Part shown: positions 19,347-29,002 of the stretch, piece by piece
How the letters are laid out: every line of letters begins with the position of its first letter
Numbering within the stretch: position 1 is the first letter of the stretch
Source: a bacterium
GTDB taxonomy: Bacteria; Hydrothermota; Tepidihabitantia; SM23-42; JAOAFX01
Length of the DNA stretch: 64,000 nucleotides
Assembly: GCA_036382775.1 (NCBI GenBank)
Contig: DASVHD010000036.1
Coordinates: forward strand, 18,657-82,656
Direction of reading: 5' to 3'
Notes under the pieces: generated by a model
The model's input: only the letters and a program-made list of their open reading frames with translations
Told to the model about the DNA's origin: nothing
Database searches by the model: none
Made by a program: the position numbers and the translations under genes

Positions 19347-20903
19347 CTAGTCCCTCAGCCGCGTCGGCAGCCGGTATATGCCCAGGCTTGATACGGCCAG
19401 GATCTCGCTGTCGCAGATATAAACGGCCGTGAATGGGATGCGGGGTAGGTTATAGATCGTCTTGTACAGCTGGTCAGCGGGGTCATAATATGCGACCCCG
19501 GCATAGGAAGCGCAGTACAGCACCTCGCTGTCCGCGTCGATATCATACACGTTGAAATAAGGCAACAGGGTCCAGCTTGTATCACTATTGCCGCCGCCGG
19601 AAAGAGAATCCGGTCCCGGCTCGCGGTAGCGTATCAATTGGTTGTTAACGCTGAGCAAGTACAGTTCGTTCTTGACCGGCACGATGTCCTTGATCCCGTG
19701 GTTGATGATCTTGGACCACTTTTCAGCGCTGCGCTCATAACGGTACAGCGCCATTTCGCCGCCGGCGTATATATGATCCGCAGTCGCATAGACGGCGTAA
19801 ACAGGCAGCCGGTCCGGTCCGAATTCATAGGGTTCCCTGGTATTTAAGAGCAGGCCGAACATTCCGTCTGACGTGCCGATATACAGATGTGACTGGTCGG
19901 CCGTAAGCGACAGGATCTTTGACTGGAAATCAGCGATCGGGAAAACAAGCGTGCCGCTTAAATTGTCCAGCTCGCTGCCGGTGCTGATGACGAGCTGGTC
20001 ATTGATCCTTACCAGCGTGCTGATCTCATGCTGGGTCCGGAGATAACCCCAATGCCAGACGCCGGTCTCACCAACCCCGGTCATCGATATTATAGAGATG
20101 CCGCCCGGTGACAGCAGGTAAATATCGTTCCCGATCCTTACAGCCCGCTGCACCACGGGATCGACCGGGCCATAGATCACCCGCTGCTTTGCCCAGGTGA
20201 TAGTGCTGTACTTGAGTAAACCATAACCATCAGTCCCGACGTACAGTTCAGTGCCGTCATCATAGAGCGCGGTGATCGGAAAGCGCGTAAACGGCGCCTG
20301 CGACACGGCTATTTCGTCGGTATAATAAAACGGGTTTAACAACGGGTATTTCCTGACATCTTGCTCGCTCGACGGCCGGTACCAGCGCAGATCCGCGGGG
20401 AATGATCCGACCGACTGCAACGCGCCCGTGGTCCGGTCGAACCGGAACCTTAGTCCGTCATCGGTTTTGAGATACAGGTATTCGATCCCCACGCCCAGCG
20501 CGCTGGTGTGTTTTGAAATGTCATATTCGCGCGCCATACCGGATGTCAGGTTCAAGCGAAAAAGGCTGGTGGTGGAGGTGATCCAAAGGTCATCAAACCA
20601 TTGATCGTACGCGGCTAAGTCGATCTCTGCGTCGAACGCATAAGTCCGCTCCAGATCCATTGTGTTCTTGTCGAACACCAGCACGTAATCATCGCTTACG
20701 GCAAAAACGGCGACCGTTGACGTAGCTATGGATTTGACCGTTCCCAGCGGCGGTATTATCGTATAGCGGTCCAGCCATGGATTCTGCGGAAAGATCGATG
20801 TTCCGGACAACAAACCAGACCACGCTGCCGCGAGGCCCAATATCAGGGCGATCAATGACAGAATTTTTCTATTTCCAAGATCCTGTTTATTAGAAGTGAT
20901 CAC
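19347..20903 (-). CDS. Secreted hypothetical protein carrying beta-propeller repeats of the regulator-propeller (Y_Y_Y) type
   Basis: A signal peptide is present. Repeats 'LYVGTDGYGLLKY', 'LYIGTSDGMFGL', 'IYAGGEMALYRY' and 'GVAYYD' recur. There is no C-terminal sorting domain. Confidence 0.5.
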   Translation of the reverse strand: MITSNKQDLGNRKILSLIALILGLAAAWSGLLSGTSIFPQNPWLDRYTIIPPLGTVKSIATSTVAVFAVSDDYVLVFDKNTMDLERTYAFDAEIDLAAYDQWFDDLWITSTTSLFRLNLTSGMAREYDISKHTSALGVGIEYLYLKTDDGLRFRFDRTTGALQSVGSFPADLRWYRPSSEQDVRKYPLLNPFYYTDEIAVSQAPFTRFPITALYDDGTELYVGTDGYGLLKYSTITWAKQRVIYGPVDPVVQRAVRIGNDIYLLSPGGISIISMTGVGETGVWHWGYLRTQHEISTLVRINDQLVISTGSELDNLSGTLVFPIADFQSKILSLTADQSHLYIGTSDGMFGLLLNTREPYEFGPDRLPVYAVYATADHIYAGGEMALYRYERSAEKWSKIINHGIKDIVPVKNELYLLSVNNQLIRYREPGPDSLSGGGNSDTSWTLLPYFNVYDIDADSEVLYCASYAGVAYYDPADQLYKTIYNLPRIPFTAVYICDSEILAVSSLGIYRLPTRLRD

Positions 20904-22462
20904 GCTTGTTTCTTTTCATATTCCCGGTTCACAATATACCTTATAGCTTTAGGCAGGTACCGTATCAGATCGCCGGCCATGATCGAATATTTACCCATCG
21001 TGTCGAGCAGAAGGTCCGCGCACAGACCATGCAGGAAAACACCCGCGACCGAAGCGTAGAACAGCGGGACTTTCTGGGCGCATAGGCCTGCGATCATGCC
21101 GACCAGAACATCGCCGGTACCGGCTTTTGCCAGCCCGGAATTACCCGTGGGATTGACATAAACCTCGCTTTGTGGGGAAGCGATCGCGGTTGGTACTCCT
21201 TTCAAGACCATGACCGCCCCGAATCTCCTGGCATATTTCGCGGCAACATCAATGCGATCATGGTTGATCAATCGGGTGTCCTGCTTGATCAAACGGGAAA
21301 GCTCGCCGGGATGAGGTGTCATGGTAAACGGCGTCCTGATGGTCTTCAAGACCGCTAATTTTTTAGCGATTATATTAATCGCGTCGGCATCGATGATTAA
21401 AGGGACCTTAACACGGGGTAGCAATTGGAACAAGAAATCTGCGGTCTCCGGGTGCGTCGTGATACCCGGGCCGACCACGACCACGTCGGTCTTGTCCAGG
21501 AGCGGCGCAAGCTTCGCGAATGCCCGGCTGCTGATCGTACCCTCCGCGGTCTGGGCAAGGGGAACCTTTACGACCTCGAGGAGCTTCGGATCCAGTTTAT
21601 CGATCACAACTTCCGGAGCGGCAAGGCGCACGTAACCGGCGCCGATCTTCAGCGCGGATAACGCTGACATCGCCGCCGCGCCCGAGAACCCGCGCGCACC
21701 GGCTATGACCAGCACGTTCCCGAAAGTCCCCTTATTACCGTCAGGGAGCCGGCTGGGCATGATCTTGAAAATATCTTCGTGCCCGGCGACCCGGGGATAG
21801 CCCGGGTCGATCATCGAGTATGGGATCCCAATGTCGACAACGTGGAGGTCGCCTGCGAAACCGCGGCCCGGGTACAGAAAGTTACCGCGCTTGGGCAGGC
21901 ACATCGTGGCGGTGGCGTCAGCGTGCACGCACGCCTTTTCACAGCCGCCCGTGTTGCCGTCGATGCCGGATGGGATATCAACGGAAAACACGAAACCGCC
22001 GCAGGTATTAATCAGTTCGATGACGTCGAGAAAAATCCCTTTGGGCGCGCCTCTGAACCCGGTGCCGAAGATCGCATCCACTATGCAATCGGGTTTGAAA
22101 TCGTTGCACAGCCTGCGCGCGACCCGAACCGATGATATCTCCCGGATGGAAATGGATGCGGCTTTCGCGGTCCGGTAATTGATCAGCGCTTCGCCCTTGA
22201 ATTCCCTTCCCTTGCCAAGCAGCAGCACTTCCACGCGGCTGCCTGCGTTCGTCAGATGCCGCGCCATAACCAGACCGTCTCCCCCGTTGTTGCCCTGACC
22301 GCACACGATCAGGACCTTCAAACCCCTCAATCTAAAATATTCCTTAAGCACCTCAGTGCATCCGCGGCCGGCGTTTTCCATTAGTACGGCGCCGGCAATG
22401 CCCAGGGCTTTCTTGGCCCAGCCGTCGATCTTCTGCATTTCTTTGGTTGTCAGCAATCTCAC
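20900..22462 (-). CDS. nnr: Bifunctional NAD(P)H-hydrate repair enzyme (epimerase/dehydratase)
   Basis: The YjeF-N region 'LIVCGQGNNGGDGLVMARHL' is followed by a C-terminal carbohydrate-kinase-like domain 'VLKGVPTAIA...GTGDVL'. Confidence 0.9.
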   Translation of the reverse strand: MRLLTTKEMQKIDGWAKKALGIAGAVLMENAGRGCTEVLKEYFRLRGLKVLIVCGQGNNGGDGLVMARHLTNAGSRVEVLLLGKGREFKGEALINYRTAKAASISIREISSVRVARRLCNDFKPDCIVDAIFGTGFRGAPKGIFLDVIELINTCGGFVFSVDIPSGIDGNTGGCEKACVHADATATMCLPKRGNFLYPGRGFAGDLHVVDIGIPYSMIDPGYPRVAGHEDIFKIMPSRLPDGNKGTFGNVLVIAGARGFSGAAAMSALSALKIGAGYVRLAAPEVVIDKLDPKLLEVVKVPLAQTAEGTISSRAFAKLAPLLDKTDVVVVGPGITTHPETADFLFQLLPRVKVPLIIDADAINIIAKKLAVLKTIRTPFTMTPHPGELSRLIKQDTRLINHDRIDVAAKYARRFGAVMVLKGVPTAIASPQSEVYVNPTGNSGLAKAGTGDVLVGMIAGLCAQKVPLFYASVAGVFLHGLCADLLLDTMGKYSIMAGDLIRYLPKAIRYIVNREYEKKQA

Positions 22463-22481
22463 GATCTCATTCCTTCCGCTC

Positions 22482-22799
22482 CTACAATTTTATGTAAGGC
22501 AGCATCTTAGTCAGCAGTTTGTCACTGATGCCCTTGACGTTCTTCAGGTCCGTGATCTTGCCAAAGCCGCCGTGTTTTTGCCGGTACGTAATAATGCGCT
22601 GCGCCATTACCGGTCCGATGCCGGGCAACTCCTCGAGTTCGGAAGAATCCGCGCGGTTCACCGAGATCTGCACATCGACTTTCTCGACGACGAGCGCCAT
22701 GTTCCTTTTCAGGTTCTCGCGGCGCAGGTAATTGACCAGATTGAGTGCGACCAGGACAAGAATGAGCGTCCCGATGATGACCGTATCCCGTTTTTTCAT
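22482..22799 (-). CDS. comEA: Helix-hairpin-helix DNA-binding protein of the ComEA family
   Basis: An N-terminal transmembrane segment is followed by 'ELEELPGIGPVMAQRIITYRQKHGGFGKITDLKNVKGISDKLL'. Confidence 0.85.
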   Translation of the reverse strand: MKKRDTVIIGTLILVLVALNLVNYLRRENLKRNMALVVEKVDVQISVNRADSSELEELPGIGPVMAQRIITYRQKHGGFGKITDLKNVKGISDKLLTKMLPYIKL

Positions 22800-22807
22800 G
22801 ATCCCCT

Positions 22808-23593
22808 TTAGTACAGCGGATAAACGATCTTAAGAAGAAATTTATACATGGTATCAAGACTCTGGGCGCTGCATTTATCGATGGTATCGTCATCGGTATG
22901 CCAGTAGGAGTAGTCAAAGTCGATGACATCGACCGCGCGAATGCCGTACCTGATGAGCGCCATGTGATCATCCTTTATATAATACCGGACTTCATTCGAA
23001 AAAATGTTGGGCGCGGTCTCGGCGCCGATCTCCCATAACGAATCAACAAGCTCGGGGAAAAATTTATAGGAATTGCCTTCCTTGTAGAGCTTCAGGTCCT
23101 TGTCGCCGACCATGTCGACGACAAGGAAAAACGAGAAAGCCTCAATGCACTGGGCGGCGTAATGGAGTGACCCCACGAGCTCGGCCTCATCGATATCCTC
23201 GCCGTCAAAAAAGACAAGTTCCACGCCGATGTCCGGTGCGTATTTTTCCAGGGTATCAGCAAGGGATAAAAGCAAGGCTACGCCTGAACCGCCGTCGTTG
23301 GCGCCCGGGCTCCCTTTTTCTGAATCCCAGTGGGCGCCGATCCCGATGATCCGCCCCTTGCCGCCGAACGATTTGCTTACGTTATAGAACCAGGCACCGC
23401 GCTCGAAAAAAGAATCGATCGCCGGGTTGTTCAAATTTTTAACGATATAATCTTTAGCCGCGCGGTGACCCGCGGTGCCGGGAACCCGTTCGCCGGCAGC
23501 GCAAAATCCTTTCAGGTATTCAATCGGCGTCTCTGCATGGGCCAAGCCCGCGATCATCAACAAAGCTAAACCCGCCGCACCCGGCCGTGCCAT
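22808..23593 (-). CDS. Secreted M28-family zinc peptidase, possibly aminopeptidase- or glutaminyl-cyclase-like
   Basis: The signal peptide is 'MARPGAAGLALLMIAGLAHA'. M28 motifs 'GAHWDS', 'GANDGGSG' and 'FFDGED' are present. The ATG at 23593 avoids overlap with the upstream stop codon. Confidence 0.75.
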   Translation of the reverse strand: MARPGAAGLALLMIAGLAHAETPIEYLKGFCAAGERVPGTAGHRAAKDYIVKNLNNPAIDSFFERGAWFYNVSKSFGGKGRIIGIGAHWDSEKGSPGANDGGSGVALLLSLADTLEKYAPDIGVELVFFDGEDIDEAELVGSLHYAAQCIEAFSFFLVVDMVGDKDLKLYKEGNSYKFFPELVDSLWEIGAETAPNIFSNEVRYYIKDDHMALIRYGIRAVDVIDFDYSYWHTDDDTIDKCSAQSLDTMYKFLLKIVYPLY

Positions 23594-23595
23594 TC

Positions 23596-26500
23596 TTAGA
23601 AGCTGATATTCGCCCATACGCTCACGCCCACGCGTTTGGAATCCTGGTTTGAGACCGTTTCCCTGTTCTGCGAATAGTCAAAGTTCGCGCCCCCGTTGAC
23701 GCTCGAGGAAAAATTGTAAGTAAGCGCGATCAGGGTCGTCAGCGTGGTGGTATTATTGACCGGGGTTTCCATGTCGATCGCATACGAGGTTGTCCGGTTG
23801 TACCCGACGCTGAGGTTGGTGGTCAGGTTGGAATTGAACTTCAATCCCTTTAAGAACGGCAGGTTTACCCCCCGCGGTGCGCTGAACGTGTAGCCCATGG
23901 AAACAGTGCCGCCGCGGCTTAGTGTCCTCGATTCATTGACATTGCCGGCATCGTACTGGCGTCCCCGGGTTTCAGAGTACGTCACTTCCGTGGATGATGT
24001 TATCCCCCTAAGCCAGTTCGTCTGCCAGTTCACTAGCGGCGTGAAGCTCAGCATCCGCGAATCCGAATCAAGGGTCGTGCTGTCATCGATCGTGTAGCGG
24101 TATTCGTTCGTCTGGTTGTAACCCGAACTTACCGACGACGACTGCGTGTATTTTTTCAGCACCGGCAACGCTCCGATCCCTGACACGCGTACCATGGCGT
24201 TGGGGTAGGAATTCGACGTGGTCCGGTTCTCGCCGCCGGAAGGCAGGTATATCCGCTGGACCTGCCCGTTGTAACCTCCGGACAGGCTCAGGATCCGGTA
24301 ATTCATACCGGAATTGACGCCGTAATTGTCAGCCATGCCGCGGCCCGGGTAACTATTCGGCGAATAACCGCTCCTCGGGATGGAATCCTGCAACCCCCAC
24401 TGGTATTGAAGCGAGGGCCGGTCATAGGCCTGGAGATAGCTCGAGGTTTTCTGCCGCGTAAAGGAAAGCGAAGGGTTTTGCAGGTAATCGACGAACTGTT
24501 CGACCTGCTTCAGTACCCACGACGGCGAACCCGCGATCTGCAGGGAATCCTTTGATTCGTCCCGCAACCGCGTGATCATCTTCAGGACGCGCTTGACATC
24601 AACAGTGCCCGTGGCTCCGTACCGCACGGTATTGGAAATGTTGCGGTAATTGAAAGTATCACGGATCTCGAACCGGTAGTCCTCGTTGTACGTATTGCCG
24701 AAAGTGAGCGACGGCGTTACCAGCACCAGACTTTTCGTAATACTGCCGTTGAACGCCTGGTTGCGCGATACTTCCTGACCGATCCGCTCGCGGCCCATGA
24801 CCGAGTCGCGGTTCTGCGAAAAATTGAAGGTCGTGCTGACAATGGAGTGGGGCGAGTAGTTGGTCGAGAAGGAAGAGTTCAGGGTCCGGCGGCGCGGGAT
24901 ATCCTGCAGATGCCGCCACGACGAATCAATGTTCGAACGGTAATAAGATTTGGGATAATTATCGGAATACATGGTGGAGAACGACAGGTTCTGCGGCATG
25001 ACCGAGAATACCTGGCCCACCACCTTGAAAGATACTTTTGGATCAAGCGTGTAACTCGCGCGGTGATTGATGTTCTCGGAAGTATCGACGTACTGCGGCG
25101 AATGCGAGAAGGTCTGCGTCCGGTCGTGGCCATAGCTCAGCCGGTCGAGCGTGTTCTTCATCAGCCAGTTCTTGGAATTTGATTTGGATACGCTGAGCGT
25201 GTAAGACCGCGAAACGTTCGTCGAGATCTCGCGCTCCTGGTCTAAGGGATTGAGTTCAATGTCATCGGCCTGGGTGCCGTACCGGGGCAGCTGTTTTGAT
25301 TTGCGGTAACTCAGCCCCAGTGGAAGGACGAAACCCCAGGACTCGGGCAGGAGCTTGTTCAGGCTGATATCTTCGCCGAATGCGTAGTTCTCGCCCTGCC
25401 CCTGGGTCGACATGTCCTTGGTATCGGACAGGCGCTTGAACCGGCCGTTGGAACGGTCATAGGCAAAGGTGAAATTGGAAAAATCCGCCAGGTTGAAAGA
25501 CCCGTTGGACCGCATGGTCTGTCCGACCTCGTTGCGGGGCGAGATCAGGCGGATGTCATTGAACCACATCGTGTCCGAGAGCGGCGTGATATCGGCGTTG
25601 GTCAGGCTGACCTCGAAGAAACGGTTCTGCGCCAGGGACGGCTTGCCGCGGACCGAGTATGTGCCGTCGCTTACCAGGCTCGAATCATCGGCGCGTCCCT
25701 TTTTAAGCTCGGCAAAACGGGCCATGTCGATCTGGAATGTCCGGTAACCATTGATGGCAAGACCCACGGTCCCATTGGTGTAACTGGTGCTGTATTCGTA
25801 GTAGTTGCTGGAATCGGTGCCGATCCGCATGGTGATCCTGGGATCGCGCCGGAACGATTTAAGAAAAAACGTCAGCGTGTCGTACGCCCGGTAATCCTCG
25901 TATTCCTCGGTCCGGCGGTAGACCGTGCAGGTGTGATTATTTTTGATGGCTTTCAGCACAAATTCAAGACCGCCCTCGGGCTTGGGCTGGTTCGTGGTAG
26001 GATCGTATTGGATCGGTGTCGGAGACCGGTATGACGGGTGGGTTTTCGTGTTCACCGGAGTTATCTGAAAAACCTCGGACGTATCCACGCCGAACGCGCC
26101 GGTCACGCCCCGGTTCTTCCACCGGCTTCCGGTCAGGCTCAGCTTGTAGACCAGCATTGTTTCCGGTTCCGCCGCGCTGTCGAACCACACGCGGATATAC
26201 CTGATGTTGTGCCAGTCCGGCTGGCCGACCATGGAATCCCACTTCAGCGAATCCTTGATCGGCACGCGGTACATCTTCCACCCCGGCTGCAGGCCGGCGT
26301 TTTCCTCGTCCACCTGGAACAAGGTGTCGCCAAGGTTCAACGAATAACTGTAATACTCGTTCTTGGCATTGAGCGAACCGTTGTTGTCGAGATCCTCGGA
26401 ATCCCAGATCTCGTTCCTCTCGGTACCGTTTATCCCGCCGGAATAATCCTGGGTATAGTAATCGTCGTCGCCGTCGTCCCCCGCGATATTATCGTCGTCA

Positions 26501-28992
26501 TCGCCGAACACACCGTCCAGCCCGGTATCCTCGGTCTGCTGGGTCCACGAGTTGGGCGGCGACAGTCTATCCTCGTCCTGCATTTGCCCGATGCCCTGGA
26601 GCGCGCCCGCCGCGTTCCTCCTCAGCTGGTCCTCGTTGATCCACGTACCCAGGTCAACATGGATCCGACCGCTATTCCCTTTAATGACGAGCTCCAGGTT
26701 CTCGGTTTCCTCGAGGTTCTTGCCAAAGACGTACTGCGTGAGCCCGGCAAACGTTGCCAGGCTGTCGGGCCGGTAGATTATTTTCAAGACCTCGGCGATC
26801 TCGGCCGGGTCCAGGGGATCTTGATAAATATCATTGGCCTGGAGCCGGTCATTGCCCTGCGGGTTATACCAGATCAACCGCTGCCGGACAAAGTTGCTGT
26901 CATTAAGACCGGCCGGTTTGGAACTGGGAACCCACAAGATCCTGGTCACCGTGGCGTCATCGCTGATCGTTGACGATTCAAGGTCATCCAGGTAAACCTT
27001 GCCTTGGGAATTAAGGTCGGAGAATGAATAGGCGTTCTCAAAATTGATATTGAACTTTGATTCGGTTTCGGTCTGGATCAAGGGCAGCCAGTCGACCGCC
27101 TGGGTCACGGCGGGAAGGTTCACCGGCAGGGCGAAATCGGTCTCAAAGACCATCCGGTTGAACGGTTCTTCCCTGAGCCCGACATGGTCCACGCCCGGAT
27201 ACCCCTCGGTCCGGTAAAAGAACGACGAACCCAGGGTTCCCTGGCCCAGCGCCTGCATGCTGCCCCGCACGCCGACCAGCGATTTCTGCGACAGCGAAAA
27301 GAACGGCGCGTACTCGGCGACGATGCGTACCTGAGCCGTGGGTGGTATCGGTTTCCTGAACTCCAGTTTTCCTTCGATGTAATCGACGTGATAATCCTTG
27401 ATCGAATCTTGTTCCTGACCATTAAGGTACACCTTCACGCCGATCACGTTCTCGGGCAGGTCATAAATCGCTTTGGCTTCGATGGTCTTTTTATAGAGGA
27501 AATATTTGCCCGTCCCCACCATGTAGTAGGGATTCGAATATATCTCGGAATCAGGCTCGGGCAGGACGCTCGATACGAACGGCAGGGCTTGAGGGAACCT
27601 TAGGAGCCCGCGGTCCCTGAGCCAGACCCCCGTGTTCTCATCCGGCAGCTCGTCGTTGTTTTCGTCAATGCCGAGCAGCTTGTTGTAAGTCGTGCCTTCG
27701 GCGTTGCGGTCCTGCGGCTGCTGGTCCGAAGGATCGTAGTAGACCCTCAGCGAATCAAGCTTGGAACCGGCCGATACAACCTGGTAATAGTTTTTCTGTT
27801 CATAGTATTTCCAGGTCACGGACGACGTATCCATGCTGCGCGGGCAGATCAGCTTCAACTGGATCGTATCCCCGGTGGTCACGGGTTGGATCCCGACCTC
27901 GACCGTATCGCCATTACTCAGCTTTCTATACCAGACACCCAGGGCATACTGGTCCGTGCTCAATCCGGAGTTAAGTTCAAGGACCAGCCCGTATAACGTG
28001 TAATTGTCCGGCTCGCGCTGCAGGGTGAAATAGCCTTCTTCGTACTCCATCGTATCATCCGGTACATTATCGTCATTGGCGTCCAGGATCGCCCTCGCGT
28101 AATAGGTGATGCCGTCATTGTTGTTAAGACTGTTATTGTCGTCAATATAGACTTTAAGGTCAAGCAGGGTTTCACCGGGACCAAGTCCGAGCCAGAAGAA
28201 TTGCCGCTTGGCGTATTCATTATCCCACATGATGCTGGTATCCGATTTAATGCCGCCCTCAATGACCATTTCCTGGGACGAGGTCTGCTCGTTGGAAGCG
28301 ATCGCGACGATATCAACGGGGCCGACCTTGGCCATCGATTTTATGCCGAACAATCCGCTGTGCGACGGGATGTCACCGGTATAAGCCGTGCCCGGGATCG
28401 ACAGCTGGGTGTCACCGCCCTCGATCTCCCGGATGATCTCGTCTTCCTTGCCCTTGTACGTAACCGTGATCTTGTTTTGAGTATCGTCTATCCTTTCCGA
28501 GTTATGGTCGATATAGACCTTCATGCGGTCGCCGACCTCGCCGTCCAGGTTGATCGCCATCTCCTGCTTCATCTCCAGCTCCGGGAAGAACGACGGCTGT
28601 TGTGAACCGGCTATGCTGGACACGAAAGTCTGGCTGCCGCCCATCGTGATCTTCACGTAACCGCCGACATCGAGCTTTCCGGTCTCGCCCATGAATTCGC
28701 TGAATCCGCCCTTGGGCAGCGGTATCTCGAAAGTTCCGATTAATCCCTTGCTCGCGTACCCGCCCTGCTTGACCATGTCCTTTTTCAACTCTTCCAGGAG
28801 CGATTTTTGGTTGTTGTACAACAGGTTCGCCGCAAAATAATCATCCAGCGACTTGATACTGTCAATGGCGAAAACCTGACCCTGGATCGTACGCGCGAAA
28901 ACGACAAAATTGTCTTCCAGGTTGATGAACACCTTGGTCTCGTAAGGGGACGCCAATTGCGCGAAAAATACCAGCGCGAACACGGTTGTCAT
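23596..28992 (-). CDS. Very large outer-membrane protein of about 1800 aa, provisionally a SprA/Sov-like T9SS translocon
   Basis: A signal peptide beginning 'MTTVFALVFFAQLA' is present. The C-terminal region has an alternating beta-strand pattern and ends in 'WANISF' with a terminal Phe, as beta-barrels often do. The size is comparable to SprA homologues outside the Bacteroidia, and the neighbourhood is rich in T9SS cargo. I could not verify a diagnostic SprA motif by eye. Confidence 0.45.
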   Translation of the reverse strand: MTTVFALVFFAQLASPYETKVFINLEDNFVVFARTIQGQVFAIDSIKSLDDYFAANLLYNNQKSLLEELKKDMVKQGGYASKGLIGTFEIPLPKGGFSEFMGETGKLDVGGYVKITMGGSQTFVSSIAGSQQPSFFPELEMKQEMAINLDGEVGDRMKVYIDHNSERIDDTQNKITVTYKGKEDEIIREIEGGDTQLSIPGTAYTGDIPSHSGLFGIKSMAKVGPVDIVAIASNEQTSSQEMVIEGGIKSDTSIMWDNEYAKRQFFWLGLGPGETLLDLKVYIDDNNSLNNNDGITYYARAILDANDDNVPDDTMEYEEGYFTLQREPDNYTLYGLVLELNSGLSTDQYALGVWYRKLSNGDTVEVGIQPVTTGDTIQLKLICPRSMDTSSVTWKYYEQKNYYQVVSAGSKLDSLRVYYDPSDQQPQDRNAEGTTYNKLLGIDENNDELPDENTGVWLRDRGLLRFPQALPFVSSVLPEPDSEIYSNPYYMVGTGKYFLYKKTIEAKAIYDLPENVIGVKVYLNGQEQDSIKDYHVDYIEGKLEFRKPIPPTAQVRIVAEYAPFFSLSQKSLVGVRGSMQALGQGTLGSSFFYRTEGYPGVDHVGLREEPFNRMVFETDFALPVNLPAVTQAVDWLPLIQTETESKFNINFENAYSFSDLNSQGKVYLDDLESSTISDDATVTRILWVPSSKPAGLNDSNFVRQRLIWYNPQGNDRLQANDIYQDPLDPAEIAEVLKIIYRPDSLATFAGLTQYVFGKNLEETENLELVIKGNSGRIHVDLGTWINEDQLRRNAAGALQGIGQMQDEDRLSPPNSWTQQTEDTGLDGVFGDDDDNIAGDDGDDDYYTQDYSGGINGTERNEIWDSEDLDNNGSLNAKNEYYSYSLNLGDTLFQVDEENAGLQPGWKMYRVPIKDSLKWDSMVGQPDWHNIRYIRVWFDSAAEPETMLVYKLSLTGSRWKNRGVTGAFGVDTSEVFQITPVNTKTHPSYRSPTPIQYDPTTNQPKPEGGLEFVLKAIKNNHTCTVYRRTEEYEDYRAYDTLTFFLKSFRRDPRITMRIGTDSSNYYEYSTSYTNGTVGLAINGYRTFQIDMARFAELKKGRADDSSLVSDGTYSVRGKPSLAQNRFFEVSLTNADITPLSDTMWFNDIRLISPRNEVGQTMRSNGSFNLADFSNFTFAYDRSNGRFKRLSDTKDMSTQGQGENYAFGEDISLNKLLPESWGFVLPLGLSYRKSKQLPRYGTQADDIELNPLDQEREISTNVSRSYTLSVSKSNSKNWLMKNTLDRLSYGHDRTQTFSHSPQYVDTSENINHRASYTLDPKVSFKVVGQVFSVMPQNLSFSTMYSDNYPKSYYRSNIDSSWRHLQDIPRRRTLNSSFSTNYSPHSIVSTTFNFSQNRDSVMGRERIGQEVSRNQAFNGSITKSLVLVTPSLTFGNTYNEDYRFEIRDTFNYRNISNTVRYGATGTVDVKRVLKMITRLRDESKDSLQIAGSPSWVLKQVEQFVDYLQNPSLSFTRQKTSSYLQAYDRPSLQYQWGLQDSIPRSGYSPNSYPGRGMADNYGVNSGMNYRILSLSGGYNGQVQRIYLPSGGENRTTSNSYPNAMVRVSGIGALPVLKKYTQSSSVSSGYNQTNEYRYTIDDSTTLDSDSRMLSFTPLVNWQTNWLRGITSSTEVTYSETRGRQYDAGNVNESRTLSRGGTVSMGYTFSAPRGVNLPFLKGLKFNSNLTTNLSVGYNRTTSYAIDMETPVNNTTTLTTLIALTYNFSSSVNGGANFDYSQNRETVSNQDSKRVGVSVWANISF

Positions 28993-29002
28993 GAAGAGCT
29001 CG

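Noticed and set aside
26038-26973. 311-aa plus-strand ORF inside the 1800-aa outer-membrane protein gene
   Set aside because: It overlaps a far longer ORF that has a coherent signal peptide and beta-barrel architecture, and its own translation is Val/Leu/Arg-rich noise.
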